A stretch of 64,000 bases of DNA. Source: Laetmonice hystrix (taxonomy: Eukaryota). Where the stretch lies: contig OZ249444.1 in assembly GCA_965235115.1 (NCBI GenBank), forward strand, positions 2,046,001 through 2,110,000, written 5' to 3'. Position numbers and translations under genes: made by a program. Positions 1-9,521 of the stretch are shown one piece after another. The notes beneath the pieces were generated by a model that worked only from the letters and a program-made list of their open reading frames with translations, ran no database searches and was not told the DNA's origin. Each line of letters begins with the position of its first letter. The stretch's first letter is position 1.

Positions 1-899
1 ATTATTTGTTGAGGTTGAAGATGTTCTTTTGCCAGGTCCTGTTATATTGGTTCTAGCACCATACTGACAAACTGTGGGGTTTATCAGAGGACATTGATGC
101 CTCCTTGGTCATTAATTTTATCATGGACTAATTGCCATCCCCCTCCCACTGTAATATTATTTTATGTGGTATCTCATAGGCAAACTATGTACTAGGCCTA
201 GTACTGTAAGGTAAGATCCTCCCTCTCACATGTCTCGCCCCTCTTCCTAGATGAAAGTAATGAAAATTACAGTCCACTGTCATAACTTCATACTGGGTTA
301 ATGTTACAATTTAAAATGTTAACATTCGGACTTTCCGTTTGTTCTTTGTTTGTTTCTCATTATGATATAAATGCATTGGATCGGTATGTACCGGTACTTT
401 CCCAACAAATTTGAACATTCATTAATGAAAAAATATAGTACTCTGCAGCCACATTTCAACACATGCGCTTTGTAGTAATTGCAACCTAATTTCAATACAT
501 AGACGTACATCGTAATGGACTATGAATAATTATAATTTATAGACTTTGCCGAGTTACGCTGGTAACCGCCCAAAACTGGGTTAGAGTTACGCAGGTACCG
601 CAGAATGAGTTACGCAGGTACTAGCCCCAAAACAGTACGCGATTTCTCCTTCAGCAACTAAGATTACATGGAAGGAACCCCATACACATAATGAACCGTT
701 CATAAACTCTTCCCAAACCAAATATTTAGATGTATAATGCGCTAATAGAGAAGCAATCGTGAGAGAGAAAATGGGCTGAACTTAACGTCCGCCATGTTGA
801 ACCTAGGTAACTCGAGTTACGCTGGTAGGTGTCGTCACAGTGATGGTGCTATCATGCACCCGTGACGACTTATAAGCCTTAGAAGATGCAAATTATGTC

Positions 900-1400
900 A
901 TTATATGTAACTACCTATTAGTGTTTAATAGTCACTCTAGTTCTAACCTCAACCATTAACAAGTTATATCCCTGAGACAATATGGATGACATCGTTGAGA
1001 CGTCTATGTCCCGTGACCTAAAAAATAATGGTCCCAAATGAAAGAGAATATGACTTCCCATTAGTGTCTAATAGTAATCATGGCTCTAACTTCAACCAAT
1101 TACAAGATATATCCCTGAGAAAATATGGATGGCATCGTTATGACGTCATAGGTCACATGACCTGAATAGTAATGGTGCCAAATGAAATCGCATACTTTCT
1201 ATTAGTGTTTAATAGTAACTATGGCTCCAACTTCAACCATTTACAAGTTATATCCCTGAGAAAGTATGGTTGACATCGTTATGACGTCACAGGTCACGTG
1301 ATCTAAAAATAATGGTGCCAAATGAAAGAGCAAATAGGACTTCCTATTCGTCTTTAATAGTAACTATCTGGCACTGTTTAGAAGTTGTAGCCATAGATAG
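900..1400. repeat. About 3.5 diverged tandem copies of a ~140-145 bp unit inside an interspersed repeat
   Basis: Motif tattagtgtttaatag...caagttatatccctgag...aatggt(g/c)ccaaatgaaa recurs at about 916, 1060, 1200 and 1345. A related motif (aaatggcgccaaatgaaa...aatagtaactatggc) occurs at about 63000. Confidence 0.7.
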
Positions 1401-1486
1401 CTAAACTGACCACTGTTGAAAACTTCAAGGTCACGTGATTCAGCGAATATAGTTCAAATCGCTTATCCCTGCATGATTCTATGGAT

Positions 1487-1559
1487 GAAGAAGAAGAAGA
1501 AGAAGAAGGAGAAGGAGAAGGAGAAGAAGAAGAAGAAGAAGAAGAAGAAGAAGAAGAAG
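1487..1559 (+). repeat. (GAA)n/(GGA) microsatellite
   Basis: Directly visible in the sequence. Confidence 0.98.
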
Positions 1560-1560
1560 C

Positions 1561-2460
1561 GATTTAACCAATTTGTAAGGTGAGGCCCAGTTCTTCCAAA
1601 GGTCAAAGGTCAAATGAAGACTCAATTTTAAGCATCACCCATGCCTGATTATAGAAATTTTAGAAATTTTTTAGAAATTCTCAATATGAGCTTAAAAAAT
1701 GGCCTTAATGTACAAATCACGTTTGGCGTCATGACGTCCTGACCTGACGTCATGACTAATTGTATGACCTGTCTTTGTCATGGTCAAGGTGTGTATTCAT
1801 GAACAATTATGGCTCTGTCTCAAATCTTTCAAGAGTTACAGGCAGGAATCTTCCAAATGACCTAACTTTAAAACTTGCAGGTCAAGTGGTTCAGCGAAAA
1901 TAGGTCAAATCCTTCGAAATAATGGTGCCAAACGAAAGATCATATCACTTACTATTTGTGTACAATAATAGACATGGCCCTTTAACAGAAGCATCTTCGA
2001 GTTATAGCCATAGCCAAAATTTCAATGACACGTAACTCCGCGAAAATAGGTCAAATCGCTTATCCTTGGATGATTATTGAAGAGCTTTTGTCAGAGAGTC
2101 CTTCTGCCAAATATAATTGTCAAGTTTTATAAAAAAAAATGAAGAAGTAGGGATTTAACCGATTTACGACCTAGGATACAGTTCTCCCTAAGGTCAAAGG
2201 TCAAACAAAGGGTCAGTCTTTGGCAAGACCCTTGCCCAATCACCTTGCCTGATAGATATTGTAAATTCCCAATACGAACTTTAAAAATGGCTCCCAATGT
2301 CCCAAAAATTTGACGTCATGACGTTCCGTCACGTGACGTCATGACTCATTGTTTGACCAGACTTCGTCATGGTCAAGATGCCTACCAAGTTTGATTGAGA
2401 TATCTTGAAAACTGACTGAGATAGACATACTGTTTATTACTACTACTACAACGCAAAGAC
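1561..2460. mobile_element. Non-autonomous interspersed repeat (possibly Helentron/HINE-like) with an internal ~230-bp diverged duplication
   Basis: Block gatttaacc...aaggtcaaaggtcaaa...tgacgtcatgact...gtcatggtcaag occurs at about 1561-1790 and again at about 2152-2378. The element ends near a (CTA)n microsatellite. The family call is inferred from architecture only. Confidence 0.4.
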
Positions 2461-2492
2461 CATACAATTTCAAGATCCCATCCCCCTGTAAT

Positions 2493-2633
2493 TATAAGAC
2501 GGACTTCACACTCAAAGAGGAACAGATGGATATTATTCCTCATATCCTGAAAGGAAACAAAATATTTGGTTTCCTTCCCACTGGGTTTGGGAAGTCACTT
2601 ACATTCATCTTACCACCACTTATACTTGATGAG
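2493..2633 (+). pseudogene. Isolated exon of a RecQ-like SF2 helicase (Q motif plus Walker A)
   Basis: Translates YKTDFTLKEEQMDIIPHILKGNKIFGFLPTGFGKSLTFILPPLILDE, and is followed immediately by a canonical donor GTAAGT at 2634-2639. It is absent from the ORF track. Confidence 0.75.
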
Positions 2634-2999
2634 GTAAGTTGTCATTTTTTCTACCATTTCTACAGCACGGGGTTCAAAATATAAAGGGGTTTAAAGAGTA
2701 AGAAATAAAAATAGGCACGAGGCTGTCTTTGCAAGGTTTCTTCTCTTCTTTCTGTAATTGGAGATGTGGTTCACTGATTTAGTCTTTCTTTCGGGTTTGA
2801 TTTGTGCTCAAATCTTCATCTTCTCAAATCGTGTGCTTCTTTATACCATTTCAAAAGTTCCCTTCACCATTCATGTTACAACCTTTAAGCCCCAGTCCCA
2901 CCAAAGCCAAATTAGTTGCGACGTGTCACGATCTGATAAATCGTGTAGAATCGGGAAAGGTCCTAACTCGGTCGTAGAGTAGTCTTGATAGATCCTCAT

Positions 3000-3149
3000 T
3001 GTAATGGAATGCCCCCTTATTCAAGTTATTGTTTAGTTTAATGACTGATCCCTACAAGCCTTGTGTGATGACGTCAAACCAACGAGCCAATAGGAGAACG
3101 TTAATAAAGGCGGTCAGAGTCGCCAGTGAAAAGCCTATAGATGTTTACA
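3000..3149 (+). repeat. Gypsy A 5' LTR
   Basis: TGTAATGG...GTTTACA, with AATAAA at 3103-3108; matches 13864-14013. Confidence 0.96.
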
Positions 3150-3162
3150 TGGTGGCAGCGGT
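3150..3162 (+). promoter_or_regulatory. Primer-binding site, tRNA-Leu type
   Basis: TGGTGGCAGCGGT directly after the LTR, complementary to the 3' end ACCGCTGCCACCA of eukaryotic tRNA-Leu. Confidence 0.8.
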
Positions 3163-3466
3163 AAAAAAGGACTATTTTTATGCCATCCGAAGGATTTTGG
3201 GTGTGAACATTATAGTTGGACGACCAATCATCATCTCTAGCACATGTGGGAGCCTTCTGTGGGGATGTATTGCGGTCCATCGCTGCTCATTACCGCTGAG
3301 ATGCAGCAAGCACTGTGTGTGACATTCACTGTGTGATGACGGTAAGCCTGCTGTGCACTGAACGTCAGTTGGACTAATATTAGCAACACACCAAGACAGT
3401 CCGTGAGCACTATTTCTTAGTGGCAGAAATACTGTGTTGACCCCCAGGCCATTTTAGCACGTCAGT

Positions 3467-6400
3467 ATGGGTGATTTCAAAGCTCCGGTCATGGACTGGT
3501 CTAGGCAAGACCGAGCTGCTGCATACAAACTGTTCAAGCAAAAGGCTCTCATGTATTTTGACTGCAAAGATATTCAGCCTGACAAGCAGGTCTCGTACAT
3601 CTTGCTGATGACAGGGGACGAAGGTGTCCAGATGTACAACAGCTGGGACTTATCAGGTGATGACAAGAAGAATCCTGTGAAAGTGTGGGAGAAATTTGAT
3701 ACACACATTGAGCCGAGGTCTAGTTTCAGGGTTGAAAGGCACTCGGCTCACCCACGATTGACTGCGTCATATCTCGGCTGTACGACGAAGGTCGCCATGC
3801 TGGAGGGTGGGGTGGGTGGGTGGCTAGGTCGGGACCACTGACCCGGATGTAAACAACAAACTCGCGCGTTGCCGCCGTGCCGAAAATGTAGAACTCCCTA
3901 GTGTCGGACTTTATACAAAGTCAGAATATCTGGGTTTCCTCCCAGGTGAAGAAGAGGACTGTTTTGTCTCCACGATAGAAAATTCGAGGTATAGGTATGC
4001 TGAGAAATTATAATTGAACTAGGCCTATGTGCCTGTGCGTAGGGGTCGACTATTTACTCTCTGTGTTCATGTGCGACCGCTTTACACTACTTTGCACGAA
4101 AAACGGGAAAATGGCCGCTTCATACATCCGAGGCCTGCTTCGCCTCCGGATATGACCTAGAAACAGCCAATCAGAAGCAGCGTCGGTGCTCCGAGTGGGT
4201 TGAAAGGCTTACTTTTCAACGCATGCGTCAACGCAGTGATGAGTCCAGTGATGACTTTGTGAGTAGACTCACTAACCAGGCAAATCTGTGCAAGTTCAAG
4301 GACAGGGACGAACGTATAATAGAGCAGATAACCTTTGGCACAAAGTATGCTGATGTACAGAAAAGCTTACTTGTCAAGGATGAGGCTTATAAACTAGCCG
4401 ATGCAGTTAAAGCATGTTGCATATATGATGCATCGGTTGTACATCAACAGGCCTTCAAGGGTATTCAAGGCGGTGAAACACATCAGGTTGACATGGTACA
4501 GCATGGATATAAGTCTGCTAAGCGTTGCCCCAATTGTGGTGAGGTGCGCCACAGGTCAAGACAAGGATGTCCAGCAAAAGGAACAACGTGCAATAAGTGT
4601 GGTGGTGCAGACCACTGGGCCAAAGCTTGCCCAATAACATCGCATGAGCAACCCCGTGATAGTTATCAGTTCCGAGGACGCCGCAGAGCACAGAGTCAGG
4701 ACAGAAAGCGAGGAGAGAGTCCCCATCCACATCGCAGCTATTACAAAGTAGGCACAGTAGAGCAAGAGGAAGGAGCCACAGATGACAGCTTCGACACAGT
4801 CGCATATCATTGTGTGCAGGTCAAGGCAGTTGAAGGAAAAGAAACCGCACATGCCACATTGGATATACAGCTACCACACAGGCCAGTTACAGACACTCTA
4901 AAGCTTAAAGTGGACACTGGTGCCGAGGGGAATATACTACCTCTACGCATTTTTCGGCATATGTTTCCCAGAAAGTTGGATGTTGATGGCTACCCCAAAC
5001 CTAACGATGTTATACGCAAACCAGAAGTGAGGCTATCTGCATATAATGGCACAGCGATCAAGTACTATGGCATGACCCCACTCAGTTGTCATTACAAAGA
5101 CTCTGGTTGGCATTTCCTCGACTTCTACATTGCGGAAGTAGAAGGCCCCGCTATACTAGGCCTGGCGAGCTCCAAGCTCATGAGTGTGGTTACCTTGCGC
5201 TGTGATGACATTGGTGTCGAGGTCTATCCAGTCAACACAAACGAAACTCCCATGATACAGGACATTGAAGACCTGAAGGCAGCATTTCCCAACACATTTG
5301 ACAGGCTGGGCAACTTCAAGGAGAAATACCATCTAACAGCTGACCCAAACGTACCTCCCGTTGTGCACCCAAACCGCTAGTACCCGATCCAGCGTCGTCT
5401 AGCCATCAAGTCAGAGCTGAGTAAAATGGAGGCTATGGGAGTAATTACTCAGGTGACAGAGCCTACAGATTGGGTGTCAAGCCTTGCCATTGTGGAAAAG
5501 AGAGGAGGAGGTCTGCGTGTTTGCCTAGACCCCAAAGACCTTAATCGTGCATTGAAACGCCCACATCACAAGACACCGACCCTGGAGGAAATTACACACC
5601 ATTGGTCTATCCGATTGGACGAGCCAAGCTCCAAGCTCACAACTTTCAACACACCCGGGCACTACAGGTTTCTGCGTCTTCCATTTGGCCTTGTCGTCTC
5701 TCAGGATGTGTTCTAACAGCGTATGGATGCCATACTTGAGAAGTGCCCTGGTTGTGTTGGCATTGCAGACGATGTCGCAGTCTACGGTCGTGACGATGAT
5801 GAGCATGATCAGCACCTTCTCCAGCTAATGAAGGTGGCACAAGAGCAAGGACTGGTTTTCAACTCCAATAAGTGCATCATCAAGACCAGAGAGATTCCTT
5901 TCTTCGGTATGCTGTACTCAGCAGGAGGGGTCAAGCCTGACCCAGAACGTGTGGCAGCCATTAGCTCTCTGCCATCTCCTCGAACTGCAAAAGAGCTACA
6001 AGAGTTTTTAGGGATTGCAACATATATGGCACCATTCGTGCAGCGTCTATCGCATCATTCAGCAGTGCTGCGGGAGCTTTTGAAGAAAGACACTGAGTAT
6101 GTATGGTTGCCAAGTCATGAAGAAGCCTTCAAGAAGATCAAGTCAATGATCAAGATCAAGTCTGTGAGGCAACTATACTTGCTTACTTCGATCCAAACAA
6201 GGAGAGCACCCTTCAAGTTGACAGCTCCCTCAAGGGCCTCGGGGCTGTGCTACTGCAAGAAGGCAGACCTATCTCCTTTGCCAGTAAATCGCTTTCTGAC
6301 ACGGAATCCCGCTACGCAAATATAGAAAGAGAGCTCTTGGCTGTTGTGTATGGCTGCGAGCGTTTTCATACCTACCTGTACGGAAAGCCATTTTTGGTTG

Positions 6401-7104
6401 TGTCCGATCACAAACCTTTGGAAATGATTCAGCTGAAAAACCTTCATGCCGCACCACTAAGGTTACAGCGCATGCTTCCTCGCTTACAAAATTATGATGT
6501 AACTATCCAATACCAGCCAGGCAAATCTCTTACTCTTGCTGATGGGCTGTCGTGTCTGCCAGTGGCTAAGGCATTGCCAGATATTGAGCTTGATGTTCAA
6601 GTCAATCTCTCCGCACCTCTCCGTGATCTCATTGTTGCGGGATGGCCAGACGCACAGAAAGAAGTACCCAAGCTACTTAGACCCTATTGGTCCTACCGTA
6701 ATGAACTCTCCATTGAGGATGGTGTGATTCTAAAAGGAAGCCAACAAGTTCTGATACCAGCAGCCATGCAGAAATACATCCTTACTGCGCTACATGCTGG
6801 GCACCAGGGGAGAGAAAAATGCCGCCTGAGAGCAAAGGGCAGCGTGTACTGGAGCGGCATTAACAGAGACATTGAAGCTTTATTTGCCAGCTGCTCAGTG
6901 TGCCAAGAAACAGCAGGAGCACAGCAAAAGGAGCCTCTTGTGCATAGAGACATTCCGCCATACCCATTGCACACTCTTAGTGCCGATTTCTTTGAACTCA
7001 ATGGGGATGGATACCTACTAGTGGCTGACCACTACAGCAAGTATCCGTTCATCAAGTGTTTCGGAAAGTCATACAGCAGCAAAGCCACTGTCACATACAT
7101 GAAG
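3467..7104 (+). pseudogene. Gypsy A gag-pol, part 1 (Gag with double Zn knuckle, aspartic protease, RT, RNase H, integrase Zn finger and start of core)
   Basis: CPNC...CNKCGGADHWAKAC; LKVDTGAEGN; GIADDV; ERELLAVVYG; HAGHQG...CSVC. Interrupted by the MITE at 3740-4197, in-frame stops ending at 5380 and 5716, an 11-bp duplication frameshift near 6150, and internal deletions. Confidence 0.93.
3740..4197. mobile_element. 458-bp non-autonomous DNA transposon (MITE) with a 10-bp TSD
   Basis: Imperfect TIR CACTCGG(CT/AG)CACC(C/G)ACG; TSD GGTTGAAAGG at 3730-3739 and 4198-4207. Removing it restores gag SFRVER|LTFQRMRQ in frame. Confidence 0.92.
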
Positions 7105-7969
7105 TGTGATGTGTGTGAGGTAGAATTCCTCAGTCTAGGTTAATTCTAATCCGCCAGGTGGCGTTGTGGTCTGATGGTAGTTAAATGTCCCGCCAGAGGG
7201 AGCTTGAGTGGGAGGTTCTGGGTTTTCTCAGTGAGACCAGAAAGTTCCCGTAATAGTTTTAAATTAGAAAGTTCTCAAACAACTAGAATTATCCAGTGAC
7301 AGTCGAACATTCTACAACGAGAAGGTTCTTAAACTGAAGGTATATAAGCTGGTAGAACTGATGATGCGGGGAGACTTGCGTTGAGATCTAACAGAGAGTG
7401 TAGTTTAGTGACTACGTTGGAACAAGACCTGATTGACGATTGTGAGACTGTATTATCGCTCAGTGTGGGATTACGAAAGCTGTCATATTTGGGCGTTGAG
7501 CTGATACGTGGACAGTAGACTATAGCCTAGGGCTACGGGTCTTCAATTCGTGTGCTACTGAAGTTGGCGACTTCAATAGGAAGATTTATCCACGGATTCC
7601 TGGAGTACGTATCTGAACTTGTGCTGGGGACATTGTGCTTGTGAAAACCACGGAGGAAAACCACTGGAACTTTATGTGAACTTTGGATTTACGTGTGGAC
7701 ATTGGGCTTGTGAAATCCACGGAGGAAATCAACTAGAACTTTATTCGAACTCTGATTTGGATTTACGTATGGACTGAGAACGTTCTGGAATTGCAGACGG
7801 GACAATAGACCACAATAGATGGTAGGAACATTCCAGAAGGTAAAACACCGAGTTTTATGATTGTGAATCAGACCTTATTTTGTCATCATCGTGTAACTGT
7901 GAGGATTCATTAAATTGTTTAAAATTAAATTCTGGGTGTTTGTCATCTACTGCCGTTGGCCACGTAACA
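7105..7969 (+). repeat. Gypsy B 5' LTR
   Basis: TGTGATG...CGTAACA; TATATAA at 7341-7347; internal ~69-bp duplication at about 7630-7770. Confidence 0.96.
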
Positions 7970-7974
7970 TAAAT

Positions 7975-7991
7975 TGGGGGCTTGTCCGGGA
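7975..7991 (+). promoter_or_regulatory. Primer-binding site, tRNA-Pro
   Basis: TGGGGGCTTGTCCGGGA, one mismatch to the canonical tRNA-Pro PBS TGGGGGCTCGTCCGGGA. Confidence 0.9.
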
Positions 7992-8069
7992 ACTGAGCAA
8001 ATTTGGCACATTGAGCCATTATTTTAGAAATTGTCCACCATCTTTGTTTCAAGAACATTCTTACTCAAA

Positions 8070-9521
8070 ATGTCAGCGGCCGTAGATGATTTCGTGGCAG
8101 CGCCAACTGTAGATGAGTTGAGGAAGCTTAAAAAGTCTGAGTTGTTAGCAGTTGCTGAGAAATGTGAGTTAGAGGAGGTGAACAAAGGGATGACAAAGGC
8201 AGTTCTCCAAGGAAAAATAGCTGAGTTCTATCATGAAGAAGATGTCTTTACAACAGATGAGTTAAATCAGTTTGTGGACATTGGAAAAGGGAAATCCATG
8301 TCAGACATGGAATTCAAACTCAAGATGGCAGAATTAGCAGAGCAAGAGAAACAAAGACAGTTTGAATTAGAGAAGTTAGAGAAATTCAAAGAGAAGGAAC
8401 AGGTTGAGTTAGCCAAATTGAAAGAGAAAGAGCAGTTTGAGTTAGAGGAGAAAGAGAAACAAAGACAGTTTGAGTTAGAGGAGAAAGAGAAACAAAGACA
8501 GTTTGAGTTAGCAGAGAAAGAGAAACAAAGACAGTTCGAGTTAGACAAAGAAAAACTTGAGTTAGCCAAGTTAAAAGAGAAAGAACAGTTTGAAGCAGAG
8601 GAGAAAGAGAGACAGCGACAGTTTGAGTTAGAAAAACTTAGGTTGAGTGGAGGAGGAAGAAGCCATTCAGATGACACCCAGAGGTTTGCTGCTAGTCGAG
8701 AAGTTAGGTTAGTTCCTCCATTTGATGAGAAAGAAGTAGACAAGTACTTTCAACATTTTGAAAAGGTAGCTGAGAGTCTGGAATGGCCACCGAAATACTG
8801 GCCTCTGATGTTGCAGAGTGTTATCAAAGGGAGAGCACAACAGGCATATTCTGCATTGTCGGTTCAGGATTCCTCAGATTATGAGATTGTCAAGAAAGCC
8901 ATTTTGACGGCATATGAGTTAGTTCCAGAAGCTTACAGGCAAAAGTTTAGAAATTGGAAAAAGAGGGACGGTCAGACTTATGTGGAGTTTGCTCATGACA
9001 AGGAGGTGTTCTTTGAACGTTGGTGCAACTCAATGTCGGTTGACAAGGACTTTGACAAGTTGAAGGATTTGATGTTGGTTGAGGAGTTCAAGTGCTGTGT
9101 CAACGATGATATTGAGACCTATCTTAATGAGAGAGAAGCCATTACTCCACAGAAAGCTGCAAAATTGGCAGATCATTATGCACTCACTCATAAGTCCAGA
9201 TTTGGGTCCAGTGAGAAGTCTCAGTTCTACAAGAAGAAAGACAATGGTACCAAACCAAGTTTCCAGAGAAATGACAGCAGAAACAAGAGCAATGTTGGTA
9301 AAAGTGAGTCCAAGGACAAATCTGTCAGCCCCACATGCAATTATTGCAAGAAACCAGGTCATGTTATGTCGGATTGTTGGGTTCTTAAGAGAAGGAAAGA
9401 AAAAGTCACAGTTCCAAATGCTCTAGTTAGATCTTGTATAGAGGCACCTATTGTGAAAGCTAGTTCTGTGGATCCACCTAGTTTTTTTGAGGCTAAGGAG
9501 CCAGATATGTCTACCTTGTAA
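8070..9521 (+). CDS. Gypsy B Gag (coiled-coil EKEKQRQFEL repeats, capsid-like domain, CCHC knuckle)
   Basis: ATG at 8070; VRLVPPFDEKEVDKYFQHFEK; CNYCKKPGHVMSDC. A 1-bp deletion relative to copy D (tctacc vs tctgacc) creates the terminal stop. Confidence 0.9.
   Translation: MSAAVDDFVAAPTVDELRKLKKSELLAVAEKCELEEVNKGMTKAVLQGKIAEFYHEEDVFTTDELNQFVDIGKGKSMSDMEFKLKMAELAEQEKQRQFELEKLEKFKEKEQVELAKLKEKEQFELEEKEKQRQFELEEKEKQRQFELAEKEKQRQFELDKEKLELAKLKEKEQFEAEEKERQRQFELEKLRLSGGGRSHSDDTQRFAASREVRLVPPFDEKEVDKYFQHFEKVAESLEWPPKYWPLMLQSVIKGRAQQAYSALSVQDSSDYEIVKKAILTAYELVPEAYRQKFRNWKKRDGQTYVEFAHDKEVFFERWCNSMSVDKDFDKLKDLMLVEEFKCCVNDDIETYLNEREAITPQKAAKLADHYALTHKSRFGSSEKSQFYKKKDNGTKPSFQRNDSRNKSNVGKSESKDKSVSPTCNYCKKPGHVMSDCWVLKRRKEKVTVPNALVRSCIEAPIVKASSVDPPSFFEAKEPDMSTL

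Noticed and set aside
180-216. Possible 31-bp micro-exon (TAG|...|GTAAGA)
   Set aside because: Splice-like dinucleotides only; no recognisable peptide or partner exons.
8267-8743. Ser/Asn/Phe/Cys-rich minus-strand ORF (and its counterpart at 57805-58161)
   Set aside because: It is the antisense shadow of the Glu/Lys-rich gag repeat.
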